A stretch of 64,000 nucleotides of DNA from an uncultured Gemmatimonadaceae bacterium. Its GTDB lineage: Bacteria > Gemmatimonadota > Gemmatimonadetes > Gemmatimonadales > Gemmatimonadaceae. Below are positions 37,413 to 47,244 of the stretch, in pieces (position 1 is the first letter of the stretch; each line of letters opens with the position of its first letter). The DNA lies in assembly GCA_963740355.1 (NCBI GenBank), contig CAVUDW010000002.1:1792001-1856000 (forward strand), given 5' to 3'. A program made the position numbers and the translations under genes. The notes beneath the pieces were generated by a model that saw nothing but the letters and a program-made list of their open reading frames with translations, was not told where the DNA came from and made no database searches.

Positions 37413-38489
37413 ATGCTGTTCGATTCCTTTCCGCTGGGCAAGATCACGCTGCGCAACCGGCTCGTCATGGCCCCCATGACCCGCAACCGGGCGAATGCCG
37501 AGCACGTCCCGACCCCGATGATGGCCACCTACTACGCGCAGCGCGCCAGCATCGGCCTGCTGATCACGGAAGGCGTCGCGCCGTCAGCGGATGGGGCGGG
37601 GTACACGCGCATTCCCGGGCTGTACAACGCCGAGCAGGTCGAGGCCTGGAAGCCGGTCACGGCTGCAGTGCACGCTGCCGGCGGAGCGATCTTCGCACAG
37701 TTGATGCACACCGGCCGCGCGTCGCATCTCGACAACATGCCCGCTGGCAGTCGCGTCGTCAGTTCCGCAGCCGTGCCGCTGCCGGAGCCGATCTACACCG
37801 ACACGGCAGGCAACCAGCCGGCGACGGTTCCACATGCGCTGACCGAGGCGGAGATCGCAGGCGTGGTGCAGGAATATGTGGCGAGCGCGCGCCATGCGAT
37901 CGAGGCCGGTTTCGACGGTATCGAGTTGCATAGCGCCAATGGTTACCTGATGGAGCAGTTCCTCAACGCCAACCTGAACACGCGCACCGATGGCTACGGT
38001 GGCAGCGCCACCAATCGTAACCGCTTCACGCTCGAAGTCGCCAAGGCGACGGCTGATGCGATCGGCGCCGACAAGGTTGGTATCCGCATTTCGCCGCATG
38101 GCGCCTTCAACGGCATGGGCTCGTTCATCGGTGTCGACGAGCAGTTCGTCGAGTTGGCGACGGCGCTCGGCAAGCTGGGGCTGGTGTACCTGCACCTCGT
38201 GAACCACGAGTCGATGGGCGCGCCGGCGATGCCCGCAGACTTGCCGGGCAAGTTGAAGGCCGCCTTCGGTGGCACCTTCATCGCCTCGGGCGGTCTCGAT
38301 CGCGAGAAGGCCGAGTCGTTGCTGGAGAGCGGTGCGGCTGATCTGGTGGCCTTCGGTCGCCCAGCGCTCGCGACGCCCGACCTGGTCGAGCGCTTGCAGA
38401 CGAATGCACCATTGAATGCACCGGACTTCGCGACGTTCTACACGCCGGGCGAGAAGGGGTACACTGACTATCCGGTGCTCGCGGCGTAG
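37413..38489 (+). CDS. nemA: Old Yellow Enzyme family alkene reductase (NemA-like)
   Basis: NRLVMAPMTR, YYAQRAS, QLMHTGR, GFDGIELHSANGYL, NTRTDGYGGS, FGRP, TFYT. Confidence 0.9.
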   Translation: MLFDSFPLGKITLRNRLVMAPMTRNRANAEHVPTPMMATYYAQRASIGLLITEGVAPSADGAGYTRIPGLYNAEQVEAWKPVTAAVHAAGGAIFAQLMHTGRASHLDNMPAGSRVVSSAAVPLPEPIYTDTAGNQPATVPHALTEAEIAGVVQEYVASARHAIEAGFDGIELHSANGYLMEQFLNANLNTRTDGYGGSATNRNRFTLEVAKATADAIGADKVGIRISPHGAFNGMGSFIGVDEQFVELATALGKLGLVYLHLVNHESMGAPAMPADLPGKLKAAFGGTFIASGGLDREKAESLLESGAADLVAFGRPALATPDLVERLQTNAPLNAPDFATFYTPGEKGYTDYPVLAA

Positions 38490-38696
38490 GCTGAAGCGAG
38501 GCGGGTTGAATTGCACGGAGGGCGCGCTACCGCAGGTCGGTGGCGCGCCCTTCGCGTAGCCGCTCCTCGCAGAACGGGCGCGCCTTCCTCTGATCTTGCG
38601 GTTGCCGAGACCTTCCCCCGCCAGCACACTACATGGATTGATGCGCACTCTCCGTCGCACGCGATTCAATCACTTGCCCTGCTTCCGCGCCCACTC

Positions 38697-39767
38697 ATGT
38701 CGCTTCGTCTCACGCTCTCTCGGCTCGCACTCAATGTGCTGGCGGTGTCGTCTCTATCCGCCGTCGCTCGACTCGACGCGCAGGCGACAATGGCGCCGGT
38801 GAACGATCCGCCGAACCCGTATCGCACGGTTGAGGGTTGGGCGAAGATGCCGGAAGGGCGCACCTGGGGCTCCACCAGTGCGGTGGACATCGACCGCGAC
38901 GGACGCAGCGTCTGGGTGGCTGAGCGATGCGGTGCCAACAACTGCGTCAACTCCGCGCTGCCGTCGATCCTCAAGTTCGATCCCAACGGCAACCTGGTGA
39001 AGTCATTCGGCTCGGGCCTGCTGATTTCGCCGCATGGCATGCATGTCGATGCGGACGGCAACATCTGGGTGACCGACTGCGCCTGCACCGCGCCACAGCC
39101 TGCGGCAGGCTCGGCGCCAGCGCCGAAGAAGGGGCACCAGGTCTACAAGTTCAGTCCAGACGGCACGCTCCTGCTGACGCTCGGCGCACCAGGCGGTGGT
39201 CGCGACTCCAGTTACTTCTGGATGCCGAACAACGTGATCACGGCGCGAAACGGGGATGTCTACGTCGCGGAAGGACACTCGTCACGACCTGGCTCCAACG
39301 CCCGGATTCTCAAGTTCGATCGCACGGGCAAGCTGCTGCGGACGTGGGGATCGTTCGGCAAGGGGCCGGTCGAACTCGATCAGCCGCACGCACTGGCCTT
39401 CGACTCACGCGGCCGGCTGTTCGTGGCGGACCGCAGCAACAATCGCATCCTGATCCTCGATCAGGACTTCAAGCTGCTCGACACCTGGTATCAGTTCAGT
39501 CGCCCGAGCGGATTGTACATCGACAGGAACGATGTGTTGTACGTCGCCGATTCCGAGTCGGGCTCGATCTCTCCGCCGCATGTCGCGTGGACGCGCGGCA
39601 TCCGCATCGGCAGCGCGCGCGACGGCAAGGTGATCGCCTTCATTCCCGACCCTGAGAAGAACACCACCAACACCAGCTCTGCCGAAGGCATCGCCGTTGA
39701 TGCGGCGGGCAACATCTACGGTGCCGAGGTCGGTCAGCGGGCGTTGAAGCGGTACGAAAGGAAGTAG
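38697..39767 (+). CDS. Exported NHL-repeat protein (peptidyl-alpha-hydroxyglycine lyase-like beta-propeller)
   Basis: PHGMHVDADGNIWVTD, QPHALAFDSRGRLFVADRSNNRI, RPSGLYID. Confidence 0.85.
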   Translation: MSLRLTLSRLALNVLAVSSLSAVARLDAQATMAPVNDPPNPYRTVEGWAKMPEGRTWGSTSAVDIDRDGRSVWVAERCGANNCVNSALPSILKFDPNGNLVKSFGSGLLISPHGMHVDADGNIWVTDCACTAPQPAAGSAPAPKKGHQVYKFSPDGTLLLTLGAPGGGRDSSYFWMPNNVITARNGDVYVAEGHSSRPGSNARILKFDRTGKLLRTWGSFGKGPVELDQPHALAFDSRGRLFVADRSNNRILILDQDFKLLDTWYQFSRPSGLYIDRNDVLYVADSESGSISPPHVAWTRGIRIGSARDGKVIAFIPDPEKNTTNTSSAEGIAVDAAGNIYGAEVGQRALKRYERK

Positions 39768-39836
39768 GCGAGCGACGAGAACATCGAGACCAATCGCCAG
39801 CGCTGCAGCGGCGCACGACCGATTGGTGCGACTGAC

Positions 39837-39884
39837 AAAGATGGGGCACGCAAGTCAGCGACTGACTCTGCGTGCCCCATCTTT
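39837..39884. terminator. Long hairpin between convergent genes, probable bidirectional terminator
   Basis: aaagatggggcacgca-agtcag/ctgact-c-tgcgtgccccatcttt. Confidence 0.7.
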
Positions 39885-39903
39885 CTTCGTCGTGCCAGTT
39901 CGG

Positions 39904-42156
39904 CTACTTCCGGGGCAACACCAGCGCCGTCAAGGCGGTGCTCTCTTCCGCACCCGACGCGAAGACGATGTACTGTCGCCCTTTGTGCATGAACGTCATC
40001 GGCACGGCCGTGGTGCGCGATTCGATCGCCACGGCACCCACCTGTCGACCGGTTGCCTTGTCCACCGCGAACAGGCGCGGCGTATCGCCCGGGATGCCAC
40101 CGCCTCGCCCGGTGCCGTAGATCACCAGCGTCTTGGTCGTGATGGCCTGTGATTGCCCGCGTGCACCCTGCTCGGGCAATGTGACGCCGGCGAAGAGTGG
40201 ATCGCGGCTGGTGACTTTCATCATGCCACCGTTCGGAATCCACCACGACTTGTCGCCACTGTTCATGTTGTAGGCCGTGAGCCCGCCGTAGCGCTTTGGC
40301 TTGACGATCGATACACCACCGATCATCGACCCCGCGGAGCGTGCAGCAAAATCGCCGCCGCGATCACCGCTGGTTGGCTTCACATAACCAGGTGGTGCGG
40401 GCAGCGCACCATCGAGGCCGCAGCTATCGCGTGGTGAGCTGTAGTCGAATTCGGAGCAGGGATCCTTCTGCACCTGCGCCGTGCTCATGCCGGTCTGCGA
40501 TCCGACGTACAACATCCCCGTCTCGATATCGAGCGCCGCGCCGCCATCGATGTTCACGCCACCGCTGGCGCCGGGAGCGTACCACGAGCACTTGAAGCCT
40601 GTCGACCCCTTGCCGTCGGCCGCGGCTGGCGGAATGAAGTACGGGCCCATGCGGCACCGGCGCGCGAGCTTGAGCGCCGAGTCCTTGATCGCCGGGGTGT
40701 AGTCGATCAGGTCGGCTTCGACGAGCCCCTGCTGCGAATACGCTTCGGGCTTCGATGGAATCGGTTGCGTCGGCGACGAGATCTCGGTCGGCACGTCACT
40801 CTGCATCACCGGTGTCTCCGGGATCGGCCAGATGGGTTCTCCGGTGACACGATCGAGGGTGTAGATCCAGCCCTGCTTGGTGGTCTGCGCAATCGCCTTG
40901 CGACGACGACCATCGACCATGATGTCGAGCAGGTTCGGCGCCATCGGTGCGTCATAGTCCCAGATGTCGTGATGCACCATCTGGTAGTGCCACTTGCGCA
41001 CGCCGGTTCGCGCATCGAGCGCCACGATGCTATTGCCGAACAGGTTGTTGCCCGGTCGGGCGCCGCCGAATTCGTCCATCAGCGGCATGCCGACCGGGAT
41101 GTAGACAAGGCCCAGATCGGGGTCGGCGGAATACGGAGCCCAGGCGTCGTTCTTGCCAACGCCGCGTGTTCCAGGCTTGCTGCCATTCTTCCACGTATCC
41201 GCGCCAAACTCGCCCGGCTGTGGAATGAGGTTGAACTTCCACAACTGCCGACCAGTGCGAATGTCGAAACCGCGAATGGTGCCGCCGATGTTGTGCGCCC
41301 GGATCGGGTAGTAGCCATGGATCGACGAGTTACCGACGATCAACACGTTCCCGACCACGATCGGCGGTGAGCTGGAGGCGATCTGGCCGGCCTCGGGATC
41401 GATGCCGATCGTACCGTCGGCGCCGATCTTCTTCACCGGATCCCATGTTTCACCGGGCCGCGCCTTTCGCATCGGTGCGGCGTCGCTGATGATCAGCGGA
41501 CCGGAGTCATTCACGGCCAGCTTCACCAACGGATAGCCGAGTCCTTCCATCAGGTCGACGACACCGTTGCGCCCGAAGGCGGGATCGGGGCGGCCGGTCT
41601 TTGCATCGAGCGAGACGAGGTGGTAGCCGGGCGTGATCGTCAGCACGCGCTCCGCCTGCCCATCCGTCCAGTACGACAGTCCTCGTCCGGCGAACTGCCG
41701 CGGTGCCTTCTGCCACCGGATCCCCTCATCCAGTCGATACATCCAGAGCGATTCGCCGCTTGCCGGATCGATCGCGACGGTGACACGTCGCGTGCTCGCC
41801 ACCGTGAAGAGGCGTCCGTTGGCGTAGATCGGTGTGACGCGGTAGTACTCATCCTTGCCGAAGGCGCCGCCTTCCCACTTCCAGGCCACCGCCAGCGAGT
41901 CGAAGTTCGATGCATTCACCTGGTCGAGTGGGGAATAGCGCGAGCTCCAGGCGTCGCCGCCCCAGTATCGCCACTCGCCGTTGACGTTGCCGCGCACGGC
42001 CGGCGTCGCAATCCGTTGTGCGATGGACGGAGGCGCCGAAATCATCAGGGCGCTGGCGATCACCGTCGCGGTGTGAACCAAGTTGCTGAACACAGAGCCG
42101 ACCTGTGTCCTGCCAGATGTTGAACCTGTTGCGTCGTGCGTCATCATCTCTCCCAT
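39904..42156 (-). CDS. PQQ-dependent dehydrogenase (glucose/quinate dehydrogenase-like quinoprotein), exported
   Basis: WRYWGGD..SRYSPL.Q.N, RGLSYW, GTIRGFDIRTG, HHDIWDYD, TTKQGW; start uncertain (42156 or 42147). Confidence 0.88.
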   Translation of the reverse strand: MGEMMTHDATGSTSGRTQVGSVFSNLVHTATVIASALMISAPPSIAQRIATPAVRGNVNGEWRYWGGDAWSSRYSPLDQVNASNFDSLAVAWKWEGGAFGKDEYYRVTPIYANGRLFTVASTRRVTVAIDPASGESLWMYRLDEGIRWQKAPRQFAGRGLSYWTDGQAERVLTITPGYHLVSLDAKTGRPDPAFGRNGVVDLMEGLGYPLVKLAVNDSGPLIISDAAPMRKARPGETWDPVKKIGADGTIGIDPEAGQIASSSPPIVVGNVLIVGNSSIHGYYPIRAHNIGGTIRGFDIRTGRQLWKFNLIPQPGEFGADTWKNGSKPGTRGVGKNDAWAPYSADPDLGLVYIPVGMPLMDEFGGARPGNNLFGNSIVALDARTGVRKWHYQMVHHDIWDYDAPMAPNLLDIMVDGRRRKAIAQTTKQGWIYTLDRVTGEPIWPIPETPVMQSDVPTEISSPTQPIPSKPEAYSQQGLVEADLIDYTPAIKDSALKLARRCRMGPYFIPPAAADGKGSTGFKCSWYAPGASGGVNIDGGAALDIETGMLYVGSQTGMSTAQVQKDPCSEFDYSSPRDSCGLDGALPAPPGYVKPTSGDRGGDFAARSAGSMIGGVSIVKPKRYGGLTAYNMNSGDKSWWIPNGGMMKVTSRDPLFAGVTLPEQGARGQSQAITTKTLVIYGTGRGGGIPGDTPRLFAVDKATGRQVGAVAIESRTTAVPMTFMHKGRQYIVFASGAEESTALTALVLPRK

Positions 42157-42178
42157 CGACGTGCGGGAATTCGCGGTA

Positions 42179-44062
42179 TCACCGGATACGCGCGCCCTGC
42201 GGCCCCTCACCCTGCGAACGCCCTGCGGCGCTGACCTGCGTGGAGTCGATCCGAATCCGCTTCAGCAGTTCCGGGTCGGCGGACAGCTCCCGGGTGCTTG
42301 GTGGCATCCCGTTCAATTTGAGCACGTACGCAGTGACCCACACGTATTCGTCCTCACTCAGAGTGCCTGGTGCCGACTTCGGCATGAGATGACTGACGTA
42401 GTCGTAGAATGCACTCAGTGGACGTGTCATCCAGCGCGTGGCAAACGCGGCTCCGCTGTGTGACGCCACGGTGTGGCATCCGGTGCACGCGCCCATGAAG
42501 ACATTCCGCCCTTTCACGGCCTGCTCAGCGGTGTACACACCGGACATCGTGGAGACCACTGGAGCCTGCGCACGCAGTGACGCAGGGGCAGCGCCAAGGG
42601 CCGCAAGGCCTGCAAGACCAGCACAGAGGGCGACCAGCGGTGCAGAACCTCGCACGGTGGACGCCGACAGGCGCGTCATCATGCCGGACATCGCCCACAC
42701 CGCCGCACCGGCGACCAGCGCCACGATCGCGCCGCGCAACGCACCGATGGCGAACGCCGCGTCAAACGCGGGCCAGGAGACGCTGTACTTCGAGAGCAGG
42801 TCGAATCGCTCGGTCATCCAGTGCCACGCAGAATGGGCGATCAGCACCGACGCGACCAGTGTCCCGGCGCTCTCCCCGACGGCATGCGTGAACAGCCATG
42901 CCAGTACTGGGATCGCGACTGCGATGGCGACCAGTTGCGCCATCTCGATGCCGAGATTGAACGCGGCCAGCGCCGTGACGAGATGGCCGCCGGCGAACTG
43001 CAGCGAGTCGCTCAGCGCGTATGAAAAGGCAAAGCCGTGCACGAGCCCAAAGCCGAAGGCGACCATCCACCGCCGGTCCAGCTTCGGTCCGATCATGTTC
43101 TCGATTGCCATCACCACGATCGACACCGCGATCAGCATCTCGACCAGCGGCGGAAACCAGAGGGCCGTCGGCGCATACCCAAGTGCTGCGGCGGCCAGGG
43201 TGATGGAGTGCGCGACGGTGAAGGCCGTCACGATGCCGATCACTGGCCGGATGCGACGCACGGGGATGATCAGGCAGAGCAGGAAGAGCAGGTGATCGAG
43301 CCCGCCGAAGAGGTGCGTCATGCCCATCAGGGCGAATCGGGACGCGGCATACCACCACCCCGGCTCCAGCGGGATCAGGCCCTGATCGCCGTCGTAGAGA
43401 AACGCGCGATCATCACCGTCGCTGTTCACGACGTGGAGGACGGTCGAGGTCTTCACGCCGAGATGCGCGAATCGTGCGCTCATCGCGAGGTGCGCCGCTG
43501 GTGATGCGACCGGATAGGTGAGCATCACATCGAGCATCGCCTGGCCCACCGGAATGTCGGTGGTGGAGTCGAGGGGCGCACGCGCGAACGATCCACGCGC
43601 GGAGATGAAGCTTTCGAAGGCACGATCGGACGGCAACGAAGCACGGGCCACCACCACGGTGCCGGTCGGCAGTGTGACGCCATCCGCAACGAGTGTGATG
43701 GCATCGGCGACCCAGAGTCGCGCCGCGTCGCGAAAGGCCTCATCGGCGCGCGCCAGATCGAGATAGCCCGCACCTCGGATCGGGAACTCCACGTCGCGCA
43801 TCGCTTCCATCGGCACCCGCACCAACACTCGCACCACACCGCTGTCGTGCTTGACGAAGGCCTGCACGGCGACGCGCGCTGGCACCTCGTGCGCCAGGCT
43901 GACGGCCGGCGAACCAAGCAGCGCACCAAACAAAAGCAGTGCGCGCTGCAGACCGCGACGACAGCTGGCCGTAGCGCGTGCGCCAAACGCCGCTCGCAGG
44001 TTCTGGCGAGCTGGCGCGATTCGCTGGACAGACAATGGTGCGCGCGTTACTTCACTTGCCAC
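42179..44062 (-). CDS. HupE/UreJ-family membrane protein with in-frame C-terminal c-type cytochrome
   Basis: Signal ending SLA-HEVP, GMTHLFGGLDHLLF, TAFTVAHSITL, FGLVHGF, AFNLGIE; C-terminal GVYTAEQA..G..F...CTGCH...MP..APG.L. Start uncertain. Confidence 0.8.
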   Translation of the reverse strand: MASEVTRAPLSVQRIAPARQNLRAAFGARATASCRRGLQRALLLFGALLGSPAVSLAHEVPARVAVQAFVKHDSGVVRVLVRVPMEAMRDVEFPIRGAGYLDLARADEAFRDAARLWVADAITLVADGVTLPTGTVVVARASLPSDRAFESFISARGSFARAPLDSTTDIPVGQAMLDVMLTYPVASPAAHLAMSARFAHLGVKTSTVLHVVNSDGDDRAFLYDGDQGLIPLEPGWWYAASRFALMGMTHLFGGLDHLLFLLCLIIPVRRIRPVIGIVTAFTVAHSITLAAAALGYAPTALWFPPLVEMLIAVSIVVMAIENMIGPKLDRRWMVAFGFGLVHGFAFSYALSDSLQFAGGHLVTALAAFNLGIEMAQLVAIAVAIPVLAWLFTHAVGESAGTLVASVLIAHSAWHWMTERFDLLSKYSVSWPAFDAAFAIGALRGAIVALVAGAAVWAMSGMMTRLSASTVRGSAPLVALCAGLAGLAALGAAPASLRAQAPVVSTMSGVYTAEQAVKGRNVFMGACTGCHTVASHSGAAFATRWMTRPLSAFYDYVSHLMPKSAPGTLSEDEYVWVTAYVLKLNGMPPSTRELSADPELLKRIRIDSTQVSAAGRSQGEGPQGARIR

Positions 44063-44169
44063 GGGCGGCCGGGAGTATGGGGAACGCTCGATTGCGGGTC
44101 GAACATACCACCACGTCGCAGTGTGCACAGGGGTTGGCGGGTTCCCCGGTGCCGCGCACAGGAGATAGG

Positions 44170-45360
44170 ATGACGCACTCGAGGCGGGCAGTCGTCTGGG
44201 TGGGACTCGTGGGTGCCGTCGTGGCACTTGGCGTGGCCCAGAAGACCCTCAGCGCGGCCGACGGGCTGGTGGTCGAGGCGCCGCGATTCGAGGTGGACCC
44301 GCTCTGGCCCAAGCCACTGCCCAATCACTGGATTCTGGGCTCCGTGGTGGGCGTCGGCGTGGACAGCCGCGATCATGTGTTCATCATCCATCGCGGCGAC
44401 TCGACGCTCAACCAGCGTACCGAGGCCGGTATGAAGGCCAATCCGCCGATCGGCGACTGCTGCCAGTCGGCGCCCCCGATCCTCGAGTTCGCCCCGGATG
44501 GCACCCTGATCAAGGCCTGGGGCGGTCCGAGCGACAAGTACCAGTGGCCGGCATCGAACCACGGCATCTCGATCGACGACCGCGACAACGTCTGGATCGG
44601 CGGCAACGGCAACGGTGACTCGCACATCCTGAAGTTCACGCACGATGGCGCATTCCTGGTACAGCTGGGCACGCCCGGCCAGGCGCCGAGCAGCAACGAC
44701 AGCTCGCATTTCGGTCGTGTCGCCAAGATCTCGTTCGACAGCAAGGCGCAGGAGGCCTACGTCGCCGACGGCTACGGCAACAAGCGTGTGGCGGTGCTCG
44801 ACATGGCGACTGGTGCGCTGAAGCGGTACTGGGGCGCCTATGGCAACAAGCCGGATGACACGAATCTTGGCCCCTACAATCCGTCAGCGCCGCTGGCGCA
44901 GCAGTTCCGGAATCCGGTGCATTGCGCCGATCCGTCCAACGATGGCCTCGTCTACGTGTGTGATCGTCCCAACGATCGCATCCAGGTCTTCAAGAAGAAC
45001 GGCGAATTCGTCAAGGAAGTACGGATCGCACCAGCCACACGCGGCGACGGGTCGGTGTGGGACATCGCATTCTCACGCGACGCGGCGCAGAAGTATCTGT
45101 TCCTCGCCGACGGCAAGAACGAACGGATCTATGTCATGGATCGTCAGACACTCACGACGCTGACGACCTTCGGCGATGGTGGCCGGCAGCCGGGGCAGTT
45201 CTTCGCGGTGCACAGCATCGCGACCGACTCGAAGGGCAATCTCTACACCACCGAAACCTACGAAGGGAAGCGGCTGCAGAAGTTCTCGTATCGCGGCGTT
45301 GGTCCGGTGACACGCGCCGATCAGGGCACGGTGTGGCCATCGCGGACAGCGAAGCCCTGA
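44170..45360 (+). CDS. Exported NHL-repeat protein
   Basis: AGGAG RBS; FEVDPLWPKPLPNHW.LG, YVADGYGN.RV, PVHC, YVCDR.NDRIQVF, HSIATDSKGNLY. Confidence 0.85.
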   Translation: MTHSRRAVVWVGLVGAVVALGVAQKTLSAADGLVVEAPRFEVDPLWPKPLPNHWILGSVVGVGVDSRDHVFIIHRGDSTLNQRTEAGMKANPPIGDCCQSAPPILEFAPDGTLIKAWGGPSDKYQWPASNHGISIDDRDNVWIGGNGNGDSHILKFTHDGAFLVQLGTPGQAPSSNDSSHFGRVAKISFDSKAQEAYVADGYGNKRVAVLDMATGALKRYWGAYGNKPDDTNLGPYNPSAPLAQQFRNPVHCADPSNDGLVYVCDRPNDRIQVFKKNGEFVKEVRIAPATRGDGSVWDIAFSRDAAQKYLFLADGKNERIYVMDRQTLTTLTTFGDGGRQPGQFFAVHSIATDSKGNLYTTETYEGKRLQKFSYRGVGPVTRADQGTVWPSRTAKP

Positions 45361-45383
45361 TCGACACGAATTCCCGACTGCAA

Positions 45384-46823
45384 CTACTCCGGGTCTTTCA
45401 CCACTGGCAGCGTGTACGCCTGCTTCAGCGATGACTGGTACTCGGAGTAGAGCACCTTCAGCCCTTCGAATTCCTTCTTGACGGCGGCGCGGAAGTCGGC
45501 CTTCGACGCAAAGTCGTAGAGCACAGCCGTCATCGCCTGTGCATCGACAAGGAAGCCCGCGTGGCCAACCGGGCCGAGGGCGTCGTCACGCATCTCGTAG
45601 GTGTGGAAGCCGCCGTTCGAGGTCCAGGCGCTGACGCCAACGCCGGGCACAGCACTCGAGACGCTGCCGGTCTCCTCCCACCCCTGCGGCTTGCCCGGCT
45701 CGGCCTGCACCTTGCCGCCGCCGTAGCGCTTGACGTGCGCAAAGGCGACTTCATTCAAGGTGCCGAGCGAGATGCCGTCGCGCATCGAACCGTAGGTCTC
45801 GATCTTGACCTTGGTGCCGGTGGCGAGGGCTGCGGCGCGCGCGGCATCATCGATCATCTGGCGCATCTGGCCGAGATAGACTTCGTCCGGGTACCGAATG
45901 TAGAAGTCCGCCACGGCGCGATCGGGCACGACGTTCGGCGCCTTGCCACCCTCGGGGATGATGCCTTGCACGCGCGCTTCGGGACGGAAGGTGCCGCGAA
46001 GGGCGTCGATGTTGTCGAACAGATGCCGCACGGCAGTGAGTGCGTTGCGACCATCCCAAGGCGTCATCTGGTGCGCAGGTGCTCCTGAGAATGTGAAACG
46101 AACGCCATCGATGTTCAGGCAGCAACTGCCGAATCCAGCGGCGGCACGCTGCGAGGCCATGCTCGAGTGTGTACGAATCACGATGTCGAGGCCATTGAAC
46201 ACGCCTTTCTCGTGCATGACGGTCTTGGCCGGTGGCGGCATCATTTCTTCGGCCGGCGTCCCGATCACGATCACGCTGCCGGGTGTCTTCGACGCGATCA
46301 GCCACTCTGAGATGGCCTGCGCCACGGCGAGGCCGATAGGGCCTTGCGTGGAGTGCTGGTCGCCATGGAAATCGCCGTTCGTTCCACGCAATGCGTCGTA
46401 CTCGACGACGATGCCCAGTTGCGGTCCGCCGCTGAGCTTCTTGTGACGCGCCGTGAAGGCCGTGGCAAATCCGCCGGAGCCCATGGTGACGTCGAAATCG
46501 TGCGCAGTGAGCCAGTCGGTGAGGATCTTGACCGAGCGTTCTTCCTTGAAGCCGATCTCAGGGTGATTGGTGATGTCATCTGCCATCGCCATCAACTCCC
46601 CTTCCATCAACGCCTTTGCGCGTGCGGTGATCCGATCGCGCACGGCATCCGGGGCGCCGAGCCGCGTCGCCCAGCCGTTCACATCGACCGTGCGCTGCAG
46701 TGTCGCAAGTTTCTGCATGACCTCACGCGCGGCAACTCGTTCGGTCTGGGTATCCTGCGCAAACAGTGGCCGCGCGGAACTGGCAAGCAGCGCGGCGAGT
46801 GCGATCGTACGATGGAGGCGCAT
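45384..46823 (-). CDS. Exported M20 family amidohydrolase (ACY1L2/AbgB-like)
   Basis: HPEIGFKE, EYDAL, GTPAEE, F.G..AH..PW.GRNAL, GGKAPNVVPD; signal peptide. Confidence 0.85.
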   Translation of the reverse strand: MRLHRTIALAALLASSARPLFAQDTQTERVAAREVMQKLATLQRTVDVNGWATRLGAPDAVRDRITARAKALMEGELMAMADDITNHPEIGFKEERSVKILTDWLTAHDFDVTMGSGGFATAFTARHKKLSGGPQLGIVVEYDALRGTNGDFHGDQHSTQGPIGLAVAQAISEWLIASKTPGSVIVIGTPAEEMMPPPAKTVMHEKGVFNGLDIVIRTHSSMASQRAAAGFGSCCLNIDGVRFTFSGAPAHQMTPWDGRNALTAVRHLFDNIDALRGTFRPEARVQGIIPEGGKAPNVVPDRAVADFYIRYPDEVYLGQMRQMIDDAARAAALATGTKVKIETYGSMRDGISLGTLNEVAFAHVKRYGGGKVQAEPGKPQGWEETGSVSSAVPGVGVSAWTSNGGFHTYEMRDDALGPVGHAGFLVDAQAMTAVLYDFASKADFRAAVKKEFEGLKVLYSEYQSSLKQAYTLPVVKDPE

Positions 46824-46905
46824 GTCTGGGCGGTGTGGGGGAGGGGAGTGACGGCGAACGGTGCCTCCGCGTCCCCCGCGACGCAACCCAGACGCGCATC
46901 CCTTC

Positions 46906-47237
46906 GACGCCTGCGGCGGCTGTGGTCCACACGGTCAAATCCGCGGAGCCGGGGGGAGATCTTGGACGCCTGTGGCGGCTGTGGTCCACACTGTCAAACC
47001 CGCGGAGCCGCGGGGGACGCGGAGTCGCGGAGGAGATCTCGGACGCCTTTGGCGGCGGGGTGTTCATCACGCGTCAACTGCAACAGCTTTTTGGGGGGCG
47101 CTCACCTGACATCCTGCGCCACGCGATCATTGCAATGTGTGCATGCAAGCGCAGTTCCCCTTGCAGTTCCTCCGCGGCTCCGCGTTCCCCGCGGCTCCGC
47201 GTGAGGGAGTGTGGACCACAGCCGCGAAGGCGTCCAA
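46906..47237. repeat. MITE/REPIN-like element with about 70-bp imperfect terminal inverted repeats and an extra tandem left-end copy
   Basis: 46962-47032 is the inverted counterpart of 47170-47237 (47001-47032 vs 47170-47201 is 30/32 identical); direct copy of the left arm at 46906-46956. Confidence 0.8.
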
Positions 47238-47244
47238 AGGCGCG

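Noticed and set aside
40950..40985. WDYD motif in the PQQ dehydrogenase as evidence of lanthanide dependence
   Set aside because: WDxD is normal in the glucose-dehydrogenase-like clade, so it is not diagnostic as it is for XoxF/ExaF.
46906..47237. Possible CRISPR array
   Set aside because: Only 2-3 degenerate copies, inverted arrangement, no unique equal-length spacers, no cas genes.
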